In this document: piece by piece, positions 53,882 through 64,000 of the stretch
How the letters are laid out: every line of letters begins with the position of its first letter
Numbering within the stretch: the first letter of the stretch is position 1
DNA from: Candidatus Bathyarchaeota archaeon
Lineage (GTDB): Archaea > Thermoproteota > Bathyarchaeia > 40CM-2-53-6
Direction of reading: 5' to 3'
Length of the DNA stretch: 64,000 nt
NCBI GenBank assembly: GCA_963833125.1
Contig: CAWHWX010000004.1
Span: forward strand, 1 to 64,000
Translations under genes and position numbers: made by a program
The notes under the pieces: model-generated
Database searches by the model: none
What the model was told of the DNA's origin: nothing
Seen by the model: only the letters and a program-made list of their open reading frames with translations

Positions 53882-55175
53882 TCAGAACTCTCGTCGTACA
53901 ATCCAAGTCTTACCCGTAGGAAGTCGCTCCAGATTTGCAACGTCTTTGATGATAACCTTTGTTTCGCGGCCGACAACGCTCATCAAGACATTTTCAATCG
54001 CTAATCTGTCTTCCGCTGAGGGTGATTTCGACCAAACTACTCGCAACTCCAGAATGTTTGGGGCTGTTTGCGCAAATTGATAGAAACGTATCAGCTCGGT
54101 GAAATCATTCGTGACGAAGAGTAACGCCCCCAAGGCCCCACCGCTCAGAATCCTCTTGCTGGGAAGGACAATCGTCTCTGAACTGCGACCCTCGATGTAT
54201 TCAATTATCGGCCAACCCCCAACTGACCTCTCGCCGTCTAAAGCGGCTAGGTCACCTGTATCATATCTAACGAAGGGAAAAACGCAGTTATTCAAGTCCG
54301 TTACAACCAGACGGCCGCTTTCTCCCGGCGATACTGACTTGCCCTTATCATCAACTACTTCCACATATGCAAGGAATGGGTTAAACGCGTATTGGCGTGT
54401 TCCAGGAAGAGTCCCCGCAAGAAAACCATTGAACTCATGTGAGCCATACCATGAATGCACTGGACATTTGAAGACCCTTGAAATTCGTCTTTCTGCTTGA
54501 ATTGTCAAGAGGTCGGCAGTTGTGATAACGCAAGATGGTTGGACGGTCATGACTATACTCTGTCGGTCGATCTCGGACGCAATCCAATCCAGTGCACTTG
54601 CGACTCCGTACAGTGAGTAGCCGGGGAGCGACATCCATACTTTGAGCTCTTTCTCTATCGAGGCGGGTGTAAGCTCTAGTGCTGATACGGGATGAGTATT
54701 TTCGTCAAGTCTATCTGGCATGTTCCACGCCAGCGAGATCATTGTGGCCGAGCTCGGGACAACATGAAGCCACTTGAGGAATTGGAATGCGGCCCTGTCT
54801 AAGGAATCCTGCGACCGTGTCCCGATAGAATGCCATAGGTTGTCCGGTGCTCCCGGATGTAGTTAACGGCCTCCTTCGATCTACAGGAACGTCCTCAGCG
54901 AGGATACTCTCACTACGCTCTCGGATTATCTGTTTCGTAAGGATGGGAATTTCCTCAAACGGGCGTCCGACATCAATCACCTCACGGTAATAGCGACATC
55001 GTTCGACCGCGAATCGGACCATCGCGTCCCTTAACCCGCAACTTGCTACCTTCCAAGTGCCGGAGTCACCCTGCCACGCTGCGAGCATTTTCTGATACAT
55101 CCGATCCTGATCATGGAGGCCTCGAAGAATGTCAGTTTCCCCACCTGACCGATTCCCCACCTCCTCATCGAGCAT
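53882..55175 (-). CDS. Phenylacetate-CoA-ligase-like (CapK/PaaK) adenylate-forming domain; probably the C-terminal part of a fused gene 53882-56390; frameshifted
   Basis: TTSGSTGQP, WYGSHE, VRYDTGD, IEGRS, LPTGK. Confidence 0.8.
55121..55156 (-). repeat. 36-bp inverted repeat, copy 1 (in frame, encodes NRSGGETDILR)
   Basis: Reverse complement ggaatcggtcaggtggggaaactgacattcttcgag; 34/36 identical to 58275-58310. Confidence 0.9.
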
Positions 55176-56390
55176 TTTTCTCTTCGCTCCGTTTGACGGA
55201 TTCTCTCACGTTCTAATTCGCTAACATGTTGGAGAAGCATCGGTCCGTCACCGTCCTTATACACATCTTTCGCAAGGGCGACACCCCAAGCGGTGAGTCT
55301 TGAGATGTCGCCCCGCACGTACTTCCGGGAATGCGACTTGCAAATCGGATCTACACAGATACAAATATAGGAGCAAGGAAATCCCCGGGTCCAGCTCATA
55401 CCTGCTCAAATCTATCGAGTCCAAGCGTGAAACTCGCATGTATATGACTCTCCGAAAATATCTTTGAAAGCCTCATGAACTCCATTTAAACTCTCCAGCA
55501 TTTCCATGGAAATACTACCCCCTTCAGATTCCATTAGGAGCCTCATTCTCCACATCATGTCCTGCGTACGATTCTCCACGAATTGGTCGCACAGATGACG
55601 ATCTGGGTCTCGGATGAGTCTCGGATAATTCCAGTATTTCCGAGCGAAAACCAAACGATCTGCTAAATGGAGCAGCGCATGTTCTTTGTGGTAACAACGG
55701 TAACCTAGGCACACATCTAGGTAATGAAAGTCTGTCAATTCACGGAGGCGAAGGAAAAAATCACGATCTTCGGAAATTAACAGATCAGCGTCGAAACCAC
55801 CCACTTTGAGTATTATTTCCCTTCGGCAAAACGCTGTTGAGGGATGGATCACGCTTCCCTTTAACAGGAGATCTTCCCATGAAGGGGCATATCGCAAGTG
55901 CGGCGGCAAGGTCGTGAATCCTAGTCTTTCTACTTGCTCGTTGAAGTCTTCAAGGTTGCTGAACGTTAAACCGACCGAAGGGTGCCTCTCGAGGATTTCA
56001 ACTTGGATTGCGAGTTTCTCTTGAACCCAGAAATCATCCTGATCGAGGAAGGCTATGTATTTTCCGCAGGGCGAGATTGATTCCGTGGTTACGCGCACTC
56101 GCGACTCCACTATTCCTTTGCTCAACCAGGCGAATCTTGGATCCATACCTTCGCAACAATTCGATGCTTGAGTCAGCAGAGCCGTCGTCTACGACGATGA
56201 CTTCACGCTCGCGGTAGCTCTGTTCCAGAACATTGTCAACTGCACGGCAAATAGTTTCCTGTCCATTGTAAACTGGGATGATCACGCTAACCAGCGGGAA
56301 ATTTTGCCCTGATACCTCACTGGGAGAATTGTTATCCTTGTTAAGTGCCAACTGTTTCGAGTTGTGGTTTATCTCGTTGTTGAAAAGCAT
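55176..56390 (-). CDS. GT2 glycosyltransferase plus RxDLQxAFP domain; frameshifted; probably the N-terminal part of the fused gene
   Basis: VSVIIPVYN, VVDDGS, GVASARN, FLDQDD, SEDRDF; YLCRSDLQVAFPEV in ORF 55257-55439. Confidence 0.85.
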
Positions 56391-56657
56391 CGTATATGCC
56401 TCGATGACCCATTGTTTTCTCTTTACTCACAGGGCCTGGCACGTTTGTCTACACTGGAAGCCATTTACCTACTTTTAGCTTACACAGGCTTCAGCGAGTT
56501 CTGGGAGCACAGGAGATAAATCATTCTGTTTTCCTGTAACATGATTCTACTGAAAGGCTCTGCACCTCGTTTACCGCGAGACTGGAGCAATTGAGCTGAG
56601 CGAAGGGACTAGGAACCAGTGTCTAGTGGATATCAAATCCTCAATGGGGTGTAATAG

Positions 56658-59600
56658 GTGAGAAGCAGAATTGGAATACTCCATGATAATATCAGTGGCA
56701 ACACAGGAGATGTAGCCATCGGCCTGAGTGTCAAGAAAATCCTCACCGCAATTGGGGTGTCATTTGAGGAACTTGTTCCCGGCAGATTCAATCCGAAGAA
56801 TTATCAGATGATCATTATCGGTGGTGGGCATCTGCTTCGGCCCTCACCCGATTTCTTCTATGATAAGTTCCGGGTGCTTGGGAATCATATTCTGAACTCG
56901 TGCGGGATAGTAGGGGGCCCTAGCGATCTCCAATACCTGGATGACTACATGTATCTAAGCGTAAGGAGCGAAGGGGACAGGCGAAAACTTGGTTATCTCA
57001 GGAAAGAAGTGAGTGTAGTACCATGCACTTCGATGCTTTTAGATGAGGCTAAGGGATTCAAACTCTCAATCAAGAAACCTAGTATAGGATTGCATCTGGG
57101 GCCCGGCATTGAAATGCTGTGCCCCCAGAGCGACGAGCCCCTGATCGAATGGATTGCATCGCTACGTCGCCGTTTCAATGTGTATCTCATTCCGATGACT
57201 TACTACATGCATGACTTCACGTATCTGCATGGACTCTCCTCCAGAGTAAAGGGATGTGAGCTTCTTCCTGTCTTGAAGCCCCGTGAAGTTCTAACCACTA
57301 TAGGGCAGTTTGACTATTTCGTAAGTTCCTCTATGCATGGCGCAATTTTCTCGTACATGCAGAAAGTCCCCTTCATCGCAATGGACTTCGAGAAGATCAG
57401 ATTCTTCATGCAAGACCGAGGACTTGAGCGATACCTCTTCCACGATCTTGACGGAATGAACGCGCAAGCATTCGGCACCCTACTCCAAAACGCTCCCAAC
57501 TACTCTCCAATCCTTGCAAAGGACTACGATACGTTACACCAGCATGTGCAACGCATGAAGAACATCTTGAGGCAACACAGACAGGCGAAACTGAACAGCG
57601 TAGCAACAAAAGAACTTGAAAAGCGCAGACTCTGGGCAAGAAACCGATTCTCAAATTCATAACATGCAGCTTCAGCTAATGGACTTGTTAGCACTATCCG
57701 AGAAGCAGACGCAGGAGTTAAGCGAGGTCAAGGCAAACTTTGCTCAGGGTGAATCTAAGGTTCAGGCTTTGGAAGGTGAGAAGTCCAAGCTGGGTGAGGA
57801 GCTGAATCGAACGAGGACGGAGGCTTCACAGCGCGAATCTAACGTTCTGGCTGAAATGAACCAAGTCAGAGCAGAACTATCTCACACCCAGGAAGAACTT
57901 GACGCCGTACTGGGAAGCGTTAGCTATAATGCACTTCGATTCTTTACCAAACGTATCGATCAATTGTTTCCAGACAATACGTGGCCTGGACGTTTGCGCA
58001 AGAGAGTTGTATCACGCCTTAGAAGAGATCGTAAGCCCCGCGATTTCAAGAACACCAACAAAGCAGTTCCTCAGAAAGTGCGTTGGTCGGATAAGACTCG
58101 GAAGCTCGGGCGCGGTTATTCTTAGGATACTTCGGGAAGAAGGAATGAACTCTCTATTTGTGAAAGCGCTTGAGAAGATTCGTAGAAGGGAATTTGGAAT
58201 CACTAGGGAAGAATGGGGGCAAATACTAGAGGAACCTCCAACATCGGAGCGGAAAAGGCGCTATGACGAGTTTAGGAATCGGCCAGGTGGGGAAACTGAC
58301 ATTTTTCGAGACGTCTATCAGAGCATGTTATCAGTCGCCACTAGTGGTGGAAATCATGAAAATCGAACGATAGGCAAAGGATACGCGCCTGCGACTAATC
58401 GTGTGAAAACGATTGCATTCTACCTTCCCCAGTTCTACCCCATTCCAGAAAATGATGTCTCGTGGGGAAAAGGCTTCACTGAATGGACCAACGTTTCGAA
58501 GGCGGTCCCACAATTTGTGGGCCATCATCAACCCCGGCTACCTGGAGAATTTGGCTTCTACGACCTACGATTTATTGAAGTTCAAAAGACTCAGATCGAA
58601 TTGGCGCGTCAGTATGGCGTTTATGGTTTCTGCTTTTACTATTATTGGTTTGACGGTAAACGGCTACTTGAGCGTCCCCTTGATAATTTCCTCACGCATA
58701 CAGAGCTCGACTTTCCTTTCTGCCTATGTTGGGCCAACGAAAGCTGGAGTCGCCAGTGGGACGGCCTAACAGGTGAAATTCTCGTGCCTCAGAATTATTC
58801 CTCGGGTTGGGACCTCAAATTCATTCAGAGCATTGAAGACATACTTCGTGATAAACGGTACATCCGTATCCACGGCAAGCCACTTCTAATTGTCTATAAA
58901 CCCGGTAAATTGCCGTCGGCTCGGTCTGCGGCGGAAAGGTGGCGGAAATATTGCATAGGAAAGGGAATAGGCGACTTGTACCTCGTGGCCGCCCAGACAT
59001 TTGGGTTCGTCGACCCGCAACCGATAGGATTAGACGCCGCCCTTGAGTTTCCACCCCACAACGCTGTTACTCCCGAAATAACACACAAAGTACAATTACT
59101 CAATTCCAAGTTCGCCGGGAAGGTGTATGATTACAGGGATATGGTGGAAAGGCAAATTTCAAGGACAGACGAAACGCCCTTCGACAGGTTTCTCACCGTT
59201 ATGACGGGTTGGGACAATGAGGCGAGGCGACCTGGCCGAGGGCACATTTTCGCTTTTTCGACACCCACAGCGTATGCAAGATGGCTTCGATATGCTTGCG
59301 AACGAACAACTACGCTACAACCGGATGCGGAGAAGCGTCTGGTCTTCGTAAACGCTTGGAATGAATGGGCTGAGGCAGCCTACTTGGAGCCTGATCGACA
59401 GTACGGGCGTGCCTATCTGAATGCGACTGCATCTGCGCTGAGATTTTCCGGTGAATCCGTTGGAATAGATCGACCCAATAGCTTACCCGCTTGGCAACTG
59501 GAAAAACACTCGAAAACAGCGGTCATACTGCATCTTTACTATCCTGAGCTGATCGAAGAGATTTTCGGATATCTCAATAATCTGAACGGAGATTTCGACC

Positions 59601-60349
59601 TTTTCGTTTCTATACCAAAAAATATTAACTTCTCCGAAGAGGAAATCTACAGACGTCACGCTCACGTTTACCTTTACCGTTGCGAAAATAGAGGGCGCGA
59701 CATTGCTCCTTTCCTTAGGATCTTTTCTGCGCTTGTACCCGCTCAACTATGACTATGTATGCAAAGTCCATTCCAAGAGAACCCTGCACAAAGTTGACGG
59801 GGATTTGTGGCGCAAGGATGTATGTTCGAAGATCTTGGGCGCTCCGGAGGATCATTTCAAAAGTGAAAGTAGCGCTCCATCGACCGAACATTGGAATTGT
59901 TGCGCCAGCCGGGACATGTACTCCCTTCAGAATATTACTGGGGCGTGGATAGCGAAGGAAATGCGAACAGAGCTAATGTCGCACGATTTTGCCGAGAAGT
60001 AGGTCTGGAGATCGGTGATCTAAATTTCCACTTCGTAGCGGGTTCAATCTTTTGGTTTAAGCCTAGGGTTCTTCAGCTGCTCAATAGAATGCCGATCGAC
60101 ATTCAAGAATTTGAGGGTGAGCCAGCACAGAAAGATGGAACATTGGCACACGCCTTCGAGAGATTCTTCGGTCTCCTAGCACAGCAAGAAGGCTTCGAAA
60201 TCGCTGAAATCAACAGCAACCTCAAAATGACAATGCCCAGCACCGGAAGCCTCCCCAATTACCGTTGGGCGACTGCAACAAGAAACGGAAAGGTGTATGT
60301 ATCTTCGAAGAAGATGCCCCCGACGACTAACGTGGGCGAAACTCTTTGA
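56658..60349 (+). CDS. Multidomain glycan-biosynthesis protein: polysaccharide pyruvyl transferase, coiled coil, WbsX/GH99-like and RgpF-like domains; several frameshifts
   Basis: GNTGDVAI, SVRS, SSMHGAI; heptad region; IAFYLPQF..WGKGFTEW, NAWNEWAE; ENRGRD, KVHSK, DGTLAHAFER in overlapping ORFs. Confidence 0.8.
58275..58310 (+). repeat. 36-bp inverted repeat, copy 2 (in frame, encodes NRPGGETDIFR)
   Basis: ggaatcggccaggtggggaaactgacatttttcgag. Confidence 0.9.
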
Positions 60350-60855
60350 GAAATCATTCTATAGAGGCACGACCCAAATAGTTAACACAAATGCTAGTTT
60401 TACGCCCACAACCGTGGCGGAAGTAACGGCGAAGCCCTAGAACTCCATGAATTACAGAACTTCATCGAAAACTAGCTTTATCGAAAACTGAGGACTAAGC
60501 AGAAGACCTTATGGAGTCAGTTCTACGCCTCACTCTCGCAAGCTTTCGACCCCATTAACATTAAACTCGCGACGAACCCAACCAGTCTCTCAGACTTCTT
60601 TAATCCGGCGATATATGGGGTACGCGAAAGACGCCAACGCCTCGCTTATTGAGCCATAATTAAACGACATAGGAAACTAGCGATTAATTCCAATTACCTT
60701 ACCGAGACAGGAATGAAGAACCACGAAATCGCCCAGAATACCTTCAATTTAACGCATAAAGCAATCCCGGGCGGTCGGCTAGATTCCACGGGTTGACGGC
60801 CTGTAAGTTAATTAGCCCGCGGGTAATTTGCTGGCACAATTCAAGGTTATGCCGT

Positions 60856-61149
60856 ATGGTTAGGCGTTCGAAGGGTTACCGGTCAAGGACAAGGTCCCTT
60901 TTCCATAAGCACCCTCGAGAAAGAGGAAAGCTCGGGTTGAGCAGGATATTGAGAATATACGAGCCGGGAGAGAAGGTGACGATAATGCTCGATTCTGCCG
61001 TTCACAAAGGTATGCCCCATAGACGGTACCACGGGAGAGTTGGCGTAATTCACGAGAAACGCGGCAAATCATACGTCATTCACGTCGAGATGGGCAAGCA
61101 AACAAAGCAGATCATCGCCCGCCCAGAACATATAACACCCCTACGCTGA
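60856..61149 (+). CDS. rpl21e: 50S ribosomal protein L21e
   Basis: MVRRSKGYRSRTR, HKGMPHRRYHG, RPEH. Confidence 0.97.
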   Translation: MVRRSKGYRSRTRSLFHKHPRERGKLGLSRILRIYEPGEKVTIMLDSAVHKGMPHRRYHGRVGVIHEKRGKSYVIHVEMGKQTKQIIARPEHITPLR

Positions 61150-61160
61150 GTGGACCATTC

Positions 61161-61496
61161 TTGCCAAGAAAAATTATTGATTCAAAACCCACTACCACGG
61201 CTGAAGCGAGGAAGACCTTGGAAAAGGCGAAGGAAGATGAGCTCGGTGAGTTTCAGAGGCGTACACTCGACTATGCTTCGAAGTTTTCTAAGATTCCCGC
61301 TCCGAAAGCTGAGAAATTAGTTCGGGAGCTTGGTGAGAAGTTTCAGCTTGATAGAAAGGATGCGATCCAGATCGTTAATACGATGCCGCGGTACGTAGAA
61401 GAACTTCGGACAATACTTACTGTCAAGGGCAGAATAATCAGCGCTACTCAGCTAGAGGACATTCTCAAACTGGTTAAGGGGTACAGGGAAGACTAG
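61161..61496 (+). CDS. rpoF: RNA polymerase subunit Rpo4 (F)
   Basis: QRRTLDYASKFSK, IVNTMP..VEELRTIL; follows rpl21e. Confidence 0.92.
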   Translation: MPRKIIDSKPTTTAEARKTLEKAKEDELGEFQRRTLDYASKFSKIPAPKAEKLVRELGEKFQLDRKDAIQIVNTMPRYVEELRTILTVKGRIISATQLEDILKLVKGYRED

Positions 61497-61730
61497 GCTA
61501 CCGACCCGCCCTATTAGGGGTCGACAGTAAGCTTTTTTCCCCCCGAAACCACTTCTTTAGGTGGATATGCTGAAACTTGCCCGCCCTTGGCCTTCCTTCA
61601 AAATTAACCACTATTGAGAAGGTATACCGGCCAATCGTCTGCTGGCTCCCATAACGCACACAAAACGCGTCTACTTCTGGAGACATGAAAGTTGAGTGAG
61701 AGTACAAGAAGTTCAGAGTACGGAGGAGAC

Positions 61731-62348
61731 ATGAGTTCAAGTTCCTCCAGGTTTAGGTCATCAGCCAGCGGTCCCTCTGAATATGGGCTTCCTCCTAGGC
61801 TGTATGAGGAGTACGCTTACGTTCTAGACTATTTGCAGTACGGCAGGACAGCCACAGACAAGCCCCGACACCTAGCCCTTCCAACAGTCCAAGTCGTGGG
61901 CGAGACTTACTTCACCTTGCTTGAAGCGGAGGTTCGTGCTGGCACTCAGGTTAACCTTCACGAGCGCGTTTACATTGGCAAGGACCGTCGGGAGAAGATC
62001 AATCGAATCATCGGAAGAATTGGCTACAACGACCTAACCGCTAACGCCAAAGCCGAAGTACTCTCGGTACTCGAAGAGTTAATCGCAAACCAAGAACAGC
62101 GGTTCGTGGCGTTCTTCAACAACTCCCAAGCCATCACCCCCCGCATGCACGCCTTAGAACTGTTGCCGGGGATTGGTAAGAAGTCTATGTGGCAAATAAT
62201 CAACGCTCGAGAAAAGAAAACCTTCACCAGCTTCAAAGACATCAAAGATCGCACAAGCGTAGGGGATCCGATCAAGGTAATAGCGAAGCGAATACTGGAT
62301 GAGCTGGGCGGGGGAGAAAAATACCGAATCTTCTCCCGAGCCCTCTAG
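61731..62348 (+). CDS. DUF655 nucleic-acid-binding protein
   Basis: EEYAYVLDYL, FTLLE, RMHALELLPGIGKK; conserved synteny. Confidence 0.92.
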   Translation: MSSSSSRFRSSASGPSEYGLPPRLYEEYAYVLDYLQYGRTATDKPRHLALPTVQVVGETYFTLLEAEVRAGTQVNLHERVYIGKDRREKINRIIGRIGYNDLTANAKAEVLSVLEELIANQEQRFVAFFNNSQAITPRMHALELLPGIGKKSMWQIINAREKKTFTSFKDIKDRTSVGDPIKVIAKRILDELGGGEKYRIFSRAL

Positions 62349-62360
62349 AGAGCCTCCCCA

Positions 62361-63461
62361 TTGCCGCCCAGGGTAGTCATGCACGTCGACCTCGACTACT
62401 TCTACGCCCAATGCGAAGAAAACGCCAACCCCAGCATTCGCGGGAAACCCGTTGTCGTATGCGTCTACTCTGGACGAACGGAGGAAAGCGGAGCAGTCAG
62501 CACCTCAAACTACATAGCCAGAAAATACGGCGTGAAAGCCGGCATCCCCATCGTACGCGCAAGAAAACTGTTAGAATCAATAGACTCAGCTTTCCTCCCA
62601 ATGAATCGCCCCTACTATGAACAAGTCTCAGGAAGGGTTATGGAAATTCTCCGATCACACGCAGACGCCTACGAGAAGATGAGCATAGACGAAGCATTTC
62701 TTGACATTTCAGAAAGGACGAATCAAAGCTATGATTCTGCCCGCGACGAAGCTCATGAAATAAAGAATCAACTGCTAACCGAAGAACACATCACGTGTTC
62801 GGTTGGGGTTGCCCCGAATAAGGTTGTAGCGAAAATAGCCTCAGATCAAACGAAACCGGACGGGCTGACCGTCGTGAAACCGGAAGAGGTCAAAGACTTT
62901 CTTTCTCAGTTGCCGGTAGGTAGGATTCCTGGCGTTGGAGTGAAAGCCGAAGAAAAGCTAACTCAGTTGAACGTTTCGACTATAGCTGAACTCTCGGCTC
63001 TAGACCCAACCGTCCTCGTCGAAATATTCGGAAAGAGCCTCGGAAGCTACCTCTACCAAGCCTCACGTGGAGAAAATGATGAACCCGTTAAGGAGAGAGA
63101 GCAGCCAACTCAATTCAGCCGCATCGCCACCCTCAAACAAAACACGCGAAAACCAGATGAAATTCTCCCCCTCCTAGAAGAGTTAGCCAACAGCGTAGCG
63201 GAGAAGACGAAAGCAAACGGAATGACTTGCAGATCCGTCGCGATCATAGCCATACTCAACGACCTGAGCATGCATAGCAAATCCAGGACACTAGAAACTT
63301 CGACCTCCGACGGCTCAGCAATTGGAGCCGTATCAAAGCAGTTGATCGAGGAATTCCTTCAGTCCATGCCTGACGCTGTACTCCGAAGGGTAGGCGTTCG
63401 AGTCTCGGATTTAATGAAACCGACCGGTCAAACAGATATCTCAAAATTCCTAACCGCCTAA
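62361..63461 (+). CDS. dbh: Y-family DNA polymerase IV (DinB/Dpo4/Dbh)
   Basis: HVDLDYFYAQ, SNYIARKYGV, SIDEAFLD, KPDG, PIP-box-like QTDISKFL. Confidence 0.95.
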   Translation: MPPRVVMHVDLDYFYAQCEENANPSIRGKPVVVCVYSGRTEESGAVSTSNYIARKYGVKAGIPIVRARKLLESIDSAFLPMNRPYYEQVSGRVMEILRSHADAYEKMSIDEAFLDISERTNQSYDSARDEAHEIKNQLLTEEHITCSVGVAPNKVVAKIASDQTKPDGLTVVKPEEVKDFLSQLPVGRIPGVGVKAEEKLTQLNVSTIAELSALDPTVLVEIFGKSLGSYLYQASRGENDEPVKEREQPTQFSRIATLKQNTRKPDEILPLLEELANSVAEKTKANGMTCRSVAIIAILNDLSMHSKSRTLETSTSDGSAIGAVSKQLIEEFLQSMPDAVLRRVGVRVSDLMKPTGQTDISKFLTA

Positions 63462-63501
63462 TACCTCAGTCCACAATCAATTTCTGATATTCGAGGGTTC
63501 G

Positions 63502-64000
63502 GTGTTGGGTTGGGTCCGTCGCGAGCTTGACGAGATAGGAATACCTCCGCTGAAGCGTTTTGGTCAACACTTTCTTCTAGACAAACAGATTCGCGACACA
63601 CTCATTGACCATGCGGAGTTATCCGACACGGACACGGTGGTCGAAGTGGGCGCTGGCCTAGGCTTCCTCACGGCAGCTCTAGCATCCCGGGTCGGCCATC
63701 TAATCGCCATCGAGAAAGATCGAACTCTGGCTAAGTATCTGACCGTTAAGTTCGCGAATAATCCGAACGTGGAAGTAGTTCAGGAAGATGCACTCGCGGT
63801 CCCGATTCCAACCAGTGCCAAAGTCGTCTCAAGCCCCCCCTACAATATCTCATCGAAGCTTACCCTCCATATTTTGAGTAGCAGTTTCAAATTGGCTAGC
63901 CTGCTGCTGCAGGAGGATTTTGTCAGGAGGTTGGCCGCGCCTAGTGGTTCTCGGGAATACGGAAGACTCACAGTCATGCTACAAACCAGGGCACGCGCCG
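63502..64000 (+). CDS. rsmA: 16S rRNA dimethyladenosine transferase KsgA/RsmA; runs off the window end, not in the ORF track
   Basis: Translated directly: KRFGQHFL, EVGAGLG, IEKD, SSPPYNISS, YGRLTV. Confidence 0.93.
   Translation, partial: MLGWVRRELDEIGIPPLKRFGQHFLLDKQIRDTLIDHAELSDTDTVVEVGAGLGFLTAALASRVGHLIAIEKDRTLAKYLTVKFANNPNVEVVQEDALAVPIPTSAKVVSSPPYNISSKLTLHILSSSFKLASLLLQEDFVRRLAAPSGSREYGRLTVMLQTRARA

Noticed and set aside
60464-60489. Short direct repeat atcgaaaact x2 at the right margin of the glycan island
   Set aside because: Only 10 bp, with no partner seen at the left margin to define an att pair.
60769-60850. Resemblance to the 5' Alu part of archaeal SRP RNA (ggctag...cctgtaa)
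   Set aside because: Only ~85 nt remain before rpl21e, and there is no helix-8 GCCAGG/GGAA/AGCA motif.
111-63444. Numerous short antisense or overlapping ORFs in the track
   Set aside because: They are shadows of well-supported genes on the opposite strand or in another frame.

Overview
This is a 64 kb archaeal chromosome segment (eIF5A/dhs, srp54, rpl21e, rpoF, Nob1, PAC2, apgM), probably from a TACK/Thermoproteota lineage such as Bathyarchaeia. The lineage is an inference from gene content and frequent TTG/GTG/CTG starts. Many genes, including the essential srp54, are broken by small indels, which points to long-read consensus errors rather than real pseudogenes. From left to right the window holds: an inositol/cyclitol catabolic cluster (iolM, iolN, two Gfo/Idh/MocA dehydrogenases, an Opp/Dpp-type ABC importer and an IolI-like isomerase, with an embedded class III aminotransferase and FAD amine oxidase); two divergent surface proteins with IPE-TM-basic sorting tails; and a three-gene split glutamate-synthase-like operon with a divergent Lrp regulator. 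A ~2.9 kb integrase-less element sits in the 3' end of that Lrp gene. It is bounded by a 59-bp direct repeat in which all 9 differences are synonymous, and it carries a stand-alone Cas2/VapD-like gene. Housekeeping genes follow. A ~7.8 kb glycan-biosynthesis island lies between srp54 and rpl21e, and its two divergent multidomain genes share an in-frame 36-bp inverted repeat (shufflon-like geometry). The window ends with rpl21e-rpoF-DUF655-dinB-rsmA. Two microproteins missed by the ORF track (a protamine-like 44-aa protein and a 55-aa Zn ribbon) were found by reading the sequence. No tRNA, rRNA or CRISPR array was seen.
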